Positions 1 through 9,800 of a DNA stretch of 64,000 bases are shown piece by piece (the stretch's first letter is position 1; the number at the start of each line of letters is the position of its first letter). This DNA comes from a virus. Below the pieces are notes generated by a model. It made no database searches. It was given only the letters and a program-made list of their open reading frames with translations, and was not told the origin of the DNA. A program made the position numbers and the translations under genes. The stretch lies in IMG/VR virus record IMGVR_UViG_3300027754_005988, positions 1-64,000 of that record, one strand, 5' to 3'.

Positions 1-1653
1 ATGGCAACTAGATTTGCAATTGGTAGTGGTATTTGGAGTTCAGGTGGGACTTGGGATAATGGTGTTGGGCCAGTAGCTGGTGATGATATATATGCTAATG
101 GTTATACAGTTACAATTAACCAAAATATAAATTTTGCGACATTAAGTAATTCGACTACACCAGTTTATCTTCCTGATAAATCAACACCTAAAATGATAAC
201 TAATAGTTCACCAAGTGGTAGAGCTATAGCATCAATCGATACTAACAATGCTTATAAAGCTTTTGACGAAACTAGTGGTACAATTTGGTCTACAACATCA
301 AACCCTAATTGGTTAGGTTATGTATTTCCAACACCAAAAACTATTAAGAGGTATTATCTTAATTTTGGCGGTAGACCGTCAACTTCATGGACATTTGATG
401 GTAGTAATGATGGTACAATTTGGTCAACGATACATAGTGTTACAGGAAATTCTAGTGGTACTTATTTAAGTAGTGGATTAACTAATACAACAGGATTTAC
501 TTATTATAGAATTAATAGTTTGGTATCACAAACACCTGGAATAAATTATATTGATACGTTTGAAATGACTGAAAACACTACAGGAACCACTTATGGCGTT
601 ACTGGTGGTGGTTCGTATATAGTACCTGCAACATTATCAGGCACAACAACTATAAACTCAAGTGGTGCTGGTCTTATTTGCAATGCATCTATTAATGTTA
701 TTACAATAAATGCAACATCAGGTAATACTGTTAATTTCACTAAAGATGTTGGTAATGGTATCTATATCATTGGACCAGCTATGGTTGGTGGTAACACAAC
801 AGCTTCAGGTATTAGAGTCGCTGGTACTGCAACTGTTAATTATATTGGTGATTTATATGGTGATGATACTGGTACTTGGTATAGTAACGCTGGTGATATT
901 AATATAGCGGCAGCTGCAACTTTTAATTTATATGGTAATATATTTACACCAAGAGGTAACCCATCTACCGCTCATTATGTTTTAAACTCAAGTGTTAATG
1001 GTGCAACAATTAATATAGTTGGTAGTGTGTATGGTACTTCAACAAATCCAACACTTTGTCAAGGTGTTTATAATTCAACTAATTCAACTGTAAATATAAT
1101 AGGTAATGTGGTTGGTAATCTTGGTTATGCTGTTAACAACGTAGGTACAGGTGCATTAAATGTTCAAGGTGTTGTACAATCAACATCATTATCAACATTA
1201 GCTGCTATTATTTCAACAAGTACTGGTTTAGTTACCTTATCAGGTCCAGTTATAAACACAAATAACACAATGGCTGTATATGCGTCTAGATTAAGATTTT
1301 ATTCTGGTACAACACAACAATGGAGATTTCAAGATACTGCAAATGCGACAAGGGTATTATATCAATCAGGATATACTGGAACAACAATTGGTTTACCTGT
1401 ATCAACAGATGTTAGAAATAATACAGTATATGGTCAATATAATGAATTAAGAGGTACATTAATAGTACCATCACCTTCAGATGTTAGAATAAATGTATTA
1501 ACTGATAATACTGTAGGTACAGGACAATTAACTGCTGAAGATTTCTTAAACGCAATAACTGCATCGACAAACTCAATAGCTGTAAGATTAAAAAATATAT
1601 CTACAACACAAACAATGGGTGACCAATTAGCAGCTTTAAGTGGTAGAACTTAA
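1..1653 (+). CDS. Virion fibre/decoration-like protein with an F5/8 type C (discoidin)-like carbohydrate-binding domain
   Basis: 550 aa, Ser/Thr/Gly/Asn-rich. Segment AYKAFD..WST..NWLGYVFPTPKTIKRYYL..WTFDGSNDGTIWSTIHSV resembles F5/8C; the rest looks like beta-helix repeats. ATG is at position 1, so upstream context is not visible. Confidence 0.6.
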   Translation: MATRFAIGSGIWSSGGTWDNGVGPVAGDDIYANGYTVTINQNINFATLSNSTTPVYLPDKSTPKMITNSSPSGRAIASIDTNNAYKAFDETSGTIWSTTSNPNWLGYVFPTPKTIKRYYLNFGGRPSTSWTFDGSNDGTIWSTIHSVTGNSSGTYLSSGLTNTTGFTYYRINSLVSQTPGINYIDTFEMTENTTGTTYGVTGGGSYIVPATLSGTTTINSSGAGLICNASINVITINATSGNTVNFTKDVGNGIYIIGPAMVGGNTTASGIRVAGTATVNYIGDLYGDDTGTWYSNAGDINIAAAATFNLYGNIFTPRGNPSTAHYVLNSSVNGATINIVGSVYGTSTNPTLCQGVYNSTNSTVNIIGNVVGNLGYAVNNVGTGALNVQGVVQSTSLSTLAAIISTSTGLVTLSGPVINTNNTMAVYASRLRFYSGTTQQWRFQDTANATRVLYQSGYTGTTIGLPVSTDVRNNTVYGQYNELRGTLIVPSPSDVRINVLTDNTVGTGQLTAEDFLNAITASTNSIAVRLKNISTTQTMGDQLAALSGRT

Positions 1654-1677
1654 AAATAATTATTTAAGATATAATAG

Positions 1678-1710
1678 AATCACATTAAAATTAATTAATG
1701 TGATTTTTTT
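1678..1710 (+). terminator. Intrinsic terminator-like hairpin
   Basis: AATCACATTA (1678-1687) pairs with TAATGTGATT (1696-1705), followed by a T run. Confidence 0.55.
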
Positions 1711-1749
1711 ATTATATTTATATTTTATAAATTTTAAGTATATTTTATT

Positions 1750-2790
1750 ATGAACACTTTTAAATATAACTATAAAACAACATTACCAAAACAAGCTAAT
1801 GCACCTTCAGTAACTATTGATGGTGCATTATTTTTGGAATATACTGTATCTTTTTACGTAAAGAGAGAAGATGGTCATTTATTAATAAAAAAAACAATAT
1901 GTAGAACTGGTGAAACAGTTTATGCTAATTCGCATCAATGGTATGATGATTGGTACATAACAATACATTTAGGTGAAACTTTAATATCACATGATATATT
2001 TAATCCAACAGGTAAAGTTGTTTTTATTAAAATGGATGCTTACGCTTTAGGAGATAACATTGCTTGGATACCATATGTTGAAGAATTTAGGAAAAAACAT
2101 AATTGCACCGTAATTTGTTCAACATTTTTTAATGATTTATTTGTTAAGGTATATCCAGATATATTATTTGTTAATCCTAATACCAACATAGATAATGTAT
2201 ATGCTCAATATTATATTGGTGCAACAAATGAAGAAAATTCATTGATATCACCAATAAAAGTTAATGAACACCCTCTACAGTTTGTTGCTTCAAATACATT
2301 GGGTTTAACCAATACAGAATTAAGACCAAAATTAGAATCTCAATTTAAAAAATTAAATAATAACAAAAAATATATTTGTATTTCTGAATACGCTAGTGGA
2401 ATAAAGAAACAATGGAACTTTGAAAATGGGTGGCAAATAATTGTTGATTATTTGGTTTCTTATGGTTATGATGTTATTGTGATTTCTAAAGAGCCAACAA
2501 ATTTAAATAATGTAATTGATTTAACTGGTGATAAATCAATATCTGAAAGGGCCAATATGTTATTAAATGCTGATTTTTTTATTGGTGTTAGTTCTGGGTT
2601 ATCTTGGTTAGCTTGGGCTGTTGGTACGCATGTTATAATGATAAGCGATGTTACACCATTAAGTCATGAGTTTAAGACAAATATATCTAGATTATCAGCA
2701 AATAAGTATTTAGATAGAGTTGATTTTAATCCAGTTTTAATAACAACAGCAGAAGACGTAATAATTAAAATAAATAATATCATTTATTAA
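1750..2790 (+). CDS. GT-B glycosyltransferase, AAH/TibC autotransporter O-heptosyltransferase-like
   Basis: Motifs YALGDNIAWIPYVEEFRKKHNC and ERANMLLNADFFIGVSSGLSWLAWAVG match remembered AAH/TibC blocks (TLGD..WFPY and FFIGL.SGLSWLAWA). Confidence 0.75.
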   Translation: MNTFKYNYKTTLPKQANAPSVTIDGALFLEYTVSFYVKREDGHLLIKKTICRTGETVYANSHQWYDDWYITIHLGETLISHDIFNPTGKVVFIKMDAYALGDNIAWIPYVEEFRKKHNCTVICSTFFNDLFVKVYPDILFVNPNTNIDNVYAQYYIGATNEENSLISPIKVNEHPLQFVASNTLGLTNTELRPKLESQFKKLNNNKKYICISEYASGIKKQWNFENGWQIIVDYLVSYGYDVIVISKEPTNLNNVIDLTGDKSISERANMLLNADFFIGVSSGLSWLAWAVGTHVIMISDVTPLSHEFKTNISRLSANKYLDRVDFNPVLITTAEDVIIKINNIIY

Positions 2791-2869
2791 ATATTATTCA
2801 TTTTAAATATATTTATCGTTAACACAATTTACTAATAATTACCATTGTATTTATATAAAAACACAAACT

Positions 2870-5095
2870 ATGAATAACAACCTAATACTAAGAATCCTTA
2901 ACAGTCCATATAATGATATCACCAAAAGTAGTGTGTTAAGTCAAGCTGATGTAGATAACAACTTTATATATTTAAAGGGTGATTTAATCTATGCAGCCAC
3001 CACATCTGGGAGCACAACTTACTTACATAAATATAATGGGGAAACCATATCATTTTTAGGTGGTAGTGGTGGTGGTTCTATATTTACTGGCGGTACAGTA
3101 ACAGGACCTACTAATTTTACTAATGGAGTAACAACTAATACAATATCTGCAACAACATATTATAATTTACCTTTAGACGTTTTTGTAACTGGTGGAACAT
3201 ATTCAGGTGGTGGTATTACATTTAAAAATAATAGTGGAGGTACTTTTAATGTTTCAGGATTTACAACATCCTTTTCAGGAGGGTCAGGTAATTGTATTAC
3301 TGATTTGTATGTAACAAATATACACGGATGTTCCCCAATAACAATACATGATAGTGTTAAATCGGTTGGGTCGTCAGCAACTGGAACAACATCATTTGCT
3401 TTTGGTCTTAATGTTAGTGCCGAGGGAAATTATTCACATGCTGAAGGTGAAGAAACAATCGCTAGTGGTGATACTTCACACGCTGAAGGTAATAATACAT
3501 TATCTATCGGATATGGTTCACATGCTGAAGGTGGTGGAACAACAACAATAGGTTACAGGTCACATTCTGAAGGTTATTTGACAACCGCTATTGGTGATAA
3601 TTCTCATTCTGAAGGTGGTATTACAACAACCATTCGTATATATTCACATGCTGAAGGTGTTAAGACACAAGCTAGAGGTGAAGCGTCACACTCTGAAGGT
3701 GTTCAAACAGCTGCTATTGGTAATGGTTCGCATGCAGAAGGTGGTTATTGTGATGTTGGTAGTAATATATATTATTCTGGTGGAACTGCAATTGGTGATG
3801 GTTCTCATGCAGAAGGTAGAGAAACAACTTCTTTTGGTAATTTTTCACATGCTGAAGGGTATTTATCAAAATCTGGATGGAGAGGATTTACAGTTGATAA
3901 TTATTCATCAGGTATTATCACATTAACTGGTTATGGTGATTTAAGTAGTGCGTTTTACGCTGGTGGTGGTTTTATAAAAGATTCTAATGCCACACCAAAG
4001 TATTATTCAGCATCAACATGGAATGACCCTAATTTTGAGATATATTTATCAGGTAATCCAATTAATTATTTTCCTAGTTTTATTGCCGATACTGATAATT
4101 TATATAATCCGTTAGCTGACTATTTTAACGGTGATAATTCACACGCTGAAGGTGGTAATACAAGCGCAATAGATAGAGCTTCTCATTCTGAAGGTTCTGC
4201 AACAACAGCTTTTGGTCAAGCATCTCATAGTGAAGGAAATGGTACTTTGGCTTATGGTGATAGTTCACATGCTGAAGGTTTAAGTACAACAACTATTGGT
4301 TATAATTCTCACGCTGAAGGTGGTGGCTCAATATCAATTGGTGATTATTCACATTCTGAAGGTGGTGCTACCAATGCTATTGGTATATATTCGCACTCTG
4401 AAGGTCAAAATACAACTGCCGTTGGTAATTACAGCCATTCTGAAGGTGATAATACAAAAGCTATCGGTATACATTCGCACTCTGAAGGTATTGAAACAAC
4501 TTCTATTGGTATTGGTTCTCATTCAGAGGGTTATAAATCAACATCATTAGGTAATTACTCATTTGTGCATGGTACAGGTAGTACGGCTTCTGCATCTACG
4601 TCAATAGTATTAGGTAATAATATTACAGGTACATCTGCAAATACTGTTTATGTTTCCAATTTCAATATTAAAACATTAGGTAGTGGTACTTCAGTTAATA
4701 ACTTAGGTATTGATGTTAATGGTAATGTAGTTACTGGAACATCAGGTGGTGGTGTATCTATAACACCTTATAATAATGTTGGTAGTGCGACTACGATTTC
4801 ATGGAATGTTAGTGGTGTTAGTACTAATTACGAAGTAACATTAACAGGTACATCAACACTTAATTTAACTAATGTTAGAAATGGTGAATATGGTACCATT
4901 ATAGTTAAACAAGATGGTGTTGGAAGTAGAACACTTTCATTCGGTACTGTAAATGGTGGTTCTGTAACACATAAAGTGGTTAATGGTGGTGCTGGTGTTC
5001 CTACATTAACATCAAACGCTAGTGCTATAGATTTATTGTCGTTTACATATAATGGAACATTTATGTTCTGGACAGTTGGTAATGATTATAATTAA
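2870..5095 (+). CDS. Fibre/adhesin with YadA-head-like 14-aa SH(A/S)EG repeats
   Basis: 20 SH(A/S)EG repeats, mostly 14 aa apart, in two blocks of 10; the N-terminal LSQADVDNNF segment is typical of phage fibre N-termini. Confidence 0.7.
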   Translation: MNNNLILRILNSPYNDITKSSVLSQADVDNNFIYLKGDLIYAATTSGSTTYLHKYNGETISFLGGSGGGSIFTGGTVTGPTNFTNGVTTNTISATTYYNLPLDVFVTGGTYSGGGITFKNNSGGTFNVSGFTTSFSGGSGNCITDLYVTNIHGCSPITIHDSVKSVGSSATGTTSFAFGLNVSAEGNYSHAEGEETIASGDTSHAEGNNTLSIGYGSHAEGGGTTTIGYRSHSEGYLTTAIGDNSHSEGGITTTIRIYSHAEGVKTQARGEASHSEGVQTAAIGNGSHAEGGYCDVGSNIYYSGGTAIGDGSHAEGRETTSFGNFSHAEGYLSKSGWRGFTVDNYSSGIITLTGYGDLSSAFYAGGGFIKDSNATPKYYSASTWNDPNFEIYLSGNPINYFPSFIADTDNLYNPLADYFNGDNSHAEGGNTSAIDRASHSEGSATTAFGQASHSEGNGTLAYGDSSHAEGLSTTTIGYNSHAEGGGSISIGDYSHSEGGATNAIGIYSHSEGQNTTAVGNYSHSEGDNTKAIGIHSHSEGIETTSIGIGSHSEGYKSTSLGNYSFVHGTGSTASASTSIVLGNNITGTSANTVYVSNFNIKTLGSGTSVNNLGIDVNGNVVTGTSGGGVSITPYNNVGSATTISWNVSGVSTNYEVTLTGTSTLNLTNVRNGEYGTIIVKQDGVGSRTLSFGTVNGGSVTHKVVNGGAGVPTLTSNASAIDLLSFTYNGTFMFWTVGNDYN

Positions 5096-5097
5096 TT

Positions 5098-6060
5098 ATG
5101 AGTAGAGCCATATTTAGTGCAAATAATAAAGTAGGTCAAATATTTTCATTTCAAACTAATGTCACTAGTGGAAGTACTTTTGACCCAACTATTACATTTG
5201 TTAGTGGAAGCGATAGAGTTAGTTGGGATTTAGGTAATGGTAAGTTGGTTGCTGGAAATAGTTTAAGTTATATATTTACAGGTGATACTGGTACAACTAA
5301 GACTATAAAGTTAAAAACCAATAGACTTAGTAAATTGAAAGAATTTCAAGCCGATACTGATAGTATAATTGGTAGATTAGATATGTCTAAATGGTCTAAT
5401 TTAGGTAATATAGTATCGCTATACTCTAACCCTAATTTAACAGGTGTGACACATACTTATTCAGAACAAACATTTTCATTTCCAATGGGTTATTCAGTAT
5501 ATAGTTGTAATTTAACTGGAAATCATGATATGTCAATGTTCCCTAATTTAGGAAATGCGCTTTATATTTATAGCAATATTAATTTAACTGGCATAACACA
5601 TACAGCATCAACTCAAATATTTAGAAGATATTACGCATATAGTTGTAATTTATCTGGAAATCATGATATGTCAATGTTAACTAATTTGGGCGGTGCTTTT
5701 CAGATTAATAGTAATAGTGGTTTAACTGGGATAATACATACAGCATCAACTCAAACATTTACACAATATTATGCATCCAATTGTAATTTAGATTACGTTA
5801 ATTTTAAACCATTATCTGGCGCAACTTTTAAAAACTGTATTATAAATTTAAACGGTAATAATATGATATCATCCGATGTTAATCATATATTAGACGATTT
5901 TAAAACAATAACAGTGGCAAATTCAACTAGATGGTCTGGTGTTACGTTAAATATTGGTGGTACAAATCAAGACCCTGATACATCAAGCGGAGGTTACAAT
6001 GGGTTAGCCGCAATAACAACACTAACAGGTTCACCTTACAGTTGGTCAATAACTTATTAA
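5098..6060 (+). CDS. Leucine-rich-repeat-like virion/surface protein
   Basis: 46-aa internal repeat (YSCNL.GNHDMSM..NLG..), DNA period 138 nt (5503 vs 5641). Confidence 0.5.
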   Translation: MSRAIFSANNKVGQIFSFQTNVTSGSTFDPTITFVSGSDRVSWDLGNGKLVAGNSLSYIFTGDTGTTKTIKLKTNRLSKLKEFQADTDSIIGRLDMSKWSNLGNIVSLYSNPNLTGVTHTYSEQTFSFPMGYSVYSCNLTGNHDMSMFPNLGNALYIYSNINLTGITHTASTQIFRRYYAYSCNLSGNHDMSMLTNLGGAFQINSNSGLTGIIHTASTQTFTQYYASNCNLDYVNFKPLSGATFKNCIINLNGNNMISSDVNHILDDFKTITVANSTRWSGVTLNIGGTNQDPDTSSGGYNGLAAITTLTGSPYSWSITY

Positions 6061-6072
6061 TAATATATAATT

Positions 6073-6297
6073 ATGGTTTGGAGATTTATATACGATACTG
6101 AAAAAGTATACGACTTATTTGAAACAAGTGATATAACACTTACAACTAAAAATGTATTTGATGGTAACACCATTGATGAGTGCTTTAATAAAATAGATGA
6201 GTTAAAAATTTATTGTGTTTACCCATTAAATGATACACAAGATATTATTTTTAGTGGTGGAGCTAGAACAATAGTTAATACTAAACTATTTATATAA
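6073..6297 (+). CDS. Hypothetical protein
   Basis: 74-aa ORF tightly packed between neighbouring genes. Confidence 0.6.
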   Translation: MVWRFIYDTEKVYDLFETSDITLTTKNVFDGNTIDECFNKIDELKIYCVYPLNDTQDIIFSGGARTIVNTKLFI

Positions 6298-6322
6298 TAA
6301 TAACATTAAATAATTTAACTAT

Positions 6323-6697
6323 ATGGAATTCTTTATAAATAAGAACGCTACTTTAAATAAGCTAAAACTTGAACTAATTAAAGACGGAAGAAACGATTTT
6401 AATAAGTTTCATGAAAAAATACAAAATGCTAATGTAACTTTTACTATGACAGATACAGTTACTGGTGTTAAAAAGATTGCATGTAAACAAGCTAGTGTTG
6501 AAGAAGTATTACCTAACAACAATTGTTTATGTGAAGAATTTTATTTAACATATCAGTTTACAACAAAAGATACCTCTGTAGCTGGTAGATATGTTGGTAA
6601 ATTTGAAATAGATTTTTTAGATGGTTCTGGAACACTTATCGTTCCAATAAGAGAAGAGCTGTTCATTAATGTCCTAGAAGGTTCAATAAAGAAATAA
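6323..6697 (+). CDS. Conserved structural protein, possibly BppU N-terminal/Ig-like
   Basis: 124 aa; ..YQFTTKDTSVAGRYVGKFEIDF..GTLIVP pattern resembles BppU-N-like domains; TATTTATA at 6287. Confidence 0.45.
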   Translation: MEFFINKNATLNKLKLELIKDGRNDFNKFHEKIQNANVTFTMTDTVTGVKKIACKQASVEEVLPNNNCLCEEFYLTYQFTTKDTSVAGRYVGKFEIDFLDGSGTLIVPIREELFINVLEGSIKK

Positions 6698-6702
6698 TTC
6701 AT

Positions 6703-6733
6703 TTGACTTTATAAAAATAAAAAAGTAAGTTTG
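6703..6733 (+). promoter_or_regulatory. Bacteroidota-type sigma70 promoter (polB P1)
   Basis: TTG 6703-6705, 20-nt spacer, TAAGTTTG 6726-6733. Confidence 0.65.
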
Positions 6734-6770
6734 TACGTTACAAACTTAAAAATAAATTTTGCCTTATCTA

Positions 6771-6801
6771 TTGTTTAATTAATATTTGTTTTGTACATTT
6801 G
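6771..6801 (+). promoter_or_regulatory. Bacteroidota-type sigma70 promoter (polB P2)
   Basis: TTG 6771-6773, 20-nt spacer, TACATTTG 6794-6801; ATG at 6818. Confidence 0.65.
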
Positions 6802-6817
6802 TGAAAAATAGTACATT

Positions 6818-9800
6818 ATGAGCCAAGAAAAAACATCAGTAAGTAGTAAAAGAATAGAGGAATTTTTAGAGGGTTCGGACCCTCAAAAATATATCGTAGC
6901 AGTTGAAGCTTCATTCAATGAACCTACCGTAACTCTTGTTATTAACGACCCAGAATCTGGCAAATACCAAGAAGACCATAAATTTAAACCTTTCTTATGG
7001 TTTAAAGAAGATATTACAAGCGTAATATATAATGGTAATAGAAAAAAAATACTAGAAGCTGGTACTAAATATGGTGTTAGACTTAAAAAACTAAGAACAG
7101 CTGATAGTAATGGCTTTTCACCATCCCGTATGGAAAATGGTTATAAATATATCGCCATTTGTACCAAATCTTATAATAGCCTCATAAATTATTTCAAAGA
7201 AGGCGGTATTGATGTATTCAAAGAAGAATATAGAACCAATTTCGTAATGTTTAGTCCAGTTGAACAATTTATGATTCAAACTGGTAAACGACTATTTAAA
7301 GGTATTGATGATTATGATGGGCTGCACAGATTTCAATTTGACTTAGAAACAGAAGGATTATTCGCCAGTAAAAATGGTATCTTTCAAATAGGTGTTCGTG
7401 ACAATAGAGGTATGGATTATCTATTGGAAAATGATGGAGAGAATTATCAAGAAAAACGCGATTCTGAAAGAATCATGATTGAAAAATTCTTTAAGATAAT
7501 AGATATCGTTAAACCAGATATAATTGCTGGATATAACTCTGAAAACTTTGACTGGCCTTTCATATTTGAGCGTGCTGAGCGTTTATCCATACCAATCACA
7601 GAATTAGCCGTAACATTAAATAGACTGCATAAAATCAAACGAAAACAAGCTACAGTTAAGTTTGGTGGAGAAACAGAAACATACTTACAAACAAGTATGT
7701 ATGGTTATACCATTATTGATATTTCACATGCTGTTCGTAGAGCAATGGCGATAAACTCTGAGATTAAAGCTTGGGGATTAAAATATATAACACAATACTC
7801 TGAAATAGCTAAACCTAATAGGGTTTATGTTCCTGGTGATAAGATAAACTCTACATGGGCTGATAAGATTAATAAATACGCTTTTAATGATACAAATGGT
7901 GATTGGTATATGATTACTGATAATAAACCATTAAAAGAAGGTTATGAAATAAAAGGTGGTGATTATATTGTTCAAAGATACTTGTCAGACGATTTATGGG
8001 AAACAGAGCAAATTGATAATATATTTAATCAAGCAAGTTTCCTTATTGGTAAAATGTTACCAACAACATATCAACGCTCATCAACAATGGGTACCGCTGG
8101 TCAATGGAAACTAATAATGGCTGCATGGTCATATGAAAATGGTTTAGCAATTCCAGAAACTCAAAAGAAGCGTGATTTTACTGGTGGTTTATCTCGTTTG
8201 TTAGAAGTAGGTTATGCTAGAAATGTTGTTAAACTAGATTTTGCCGCACTTTATCCTAAAATTCAATTAACACATAAAATATTCCCAGATTTAGATATTA
8301 CTGGAATGATGGAAGGTACTCTTACTTATATAGTGGATACTCGTGACCATTATAAGTTCTTAACTGGTAAAGAGAAAAAAACATATAAAGATTTAGAAAA
8401 GAAATTAAAAGCAGAAAAAGATAATTTATCTAAAGAAGAAATTTCTCAATTAAAAAAAGAGATTGATGAACATAAAGCTTTAGCTAACTTATATGATAAA
8501 AAACAATTACCACTTAAGATTCTTGCTAACTCATGGTTTGGTTCGTACGGTGCACCTTATATCTTTAACTGGGGTGATACAGATTCAGCTGAAGAAACAA
8601 CTTGTAGAGGTAGACAATATTTAAGACTTATGGTTAGCCATTTCACCGAAAAACATGGATTTAGAGCATTGGTTGGAGATTCAGTTACTTATGACACACC
8701 AGTTTATATTAGATATTCTGATGGTACTTTGGACATTAAACCTATTTGTGATTTATTTAATGATGATTCGGAATTTATTGATTTAGATGGATTAAGAGAT
8801 TATGAAGCTAAACCATTTGAAGTTTTGACTGTAAATGGTTGGAAAAATATAAACTATGTTTATAGACATGGTACAGATAAAAAAATACATAGAATAACAA
8901 CTAAAGACAGATTAGTTAATGTAACTGAAGACCATTCTTTATTTCAAAATGGTATTAAAATAAAACCATCAACACTAAATAGAGGTAATTCTATAGATGT
9001 TTATAATAAATTAGATAAGTTTGATTCTTTATCTAGTTTATCTGAAGACCAAGCTTGGTTATACGGTTTCTTTTTAGGTGACGGTTCAGCTAATTGTTCC
9101 GATAGGAAATGTAAATACGTATCTAAAAAAACTGGCGAAACAAATATAAATAAAGGTAAAAGAAGTGATTGGAAGATTTCTAATTCTAGATTAGACGTTT
9201 TAGAAAAATTAAAACTAATACTAGAAAAAGAATTTGGGTTGGTTGGTATTATTAAGGACCATATGAAATCATCTGGTGTTTATAATTTAGTTGTCCATAA
9301 AACAGAATTTACTAATAGTTTTTGTAATGATTTCTATACATCATATAGAGAAAAGAAAGTACCTAGTTTTATACTAAATTCAAATGATACTATTAAAAAA
9401 GTTTTTTTAAATGGTGTTTGCGCTTCAGATGGTTATGGAGATGATTTAGACAATTGTTCTAGTATTGGAATGAAATCGCAAGTTGCAATGGCTGGTTTAT
9501 CTATATTATTTAACGAATTAAATATAGAATATAAGATAATCACTAGAAAAGATAAACAAAATTTTATAACGTTTAGTTTAAAAAATGACAATAGAAATAA
9601 TTCTAGTTTTACAAATAAAACAAAAAAGAAAACAAATGAAGTTTGGAAAAATGAAGTAATCATTAATAATGATAAAAACAATTTTGTTTATGATATATCA
9701 ACAGAGGACGGTACATTCATTGGTGGTATTGGATTGATTAACTTAAAGAATACTGATGGATTCAACTTTGCATTTCCAGATAATATTGATAATATAAAAT

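Noticed and set aside
1750-2790. Glycosyltransferase acting as a T4-type DNA glucosyltransferase
   Set aside because: The motifs match the AAH/TibC-GT9 group and the context is structural genes, with no hydroxymethylase nearby; considered less likely rather than excluded
3427-4570. Regular ~42-nt periodic repeats that resemble a CRISPR array
   Set aside because: They are degenerate at third codon positions, in frame, and encode SH(A/S)EG protein repeats; there is no invariant repeat-spacer structure and no cas genes
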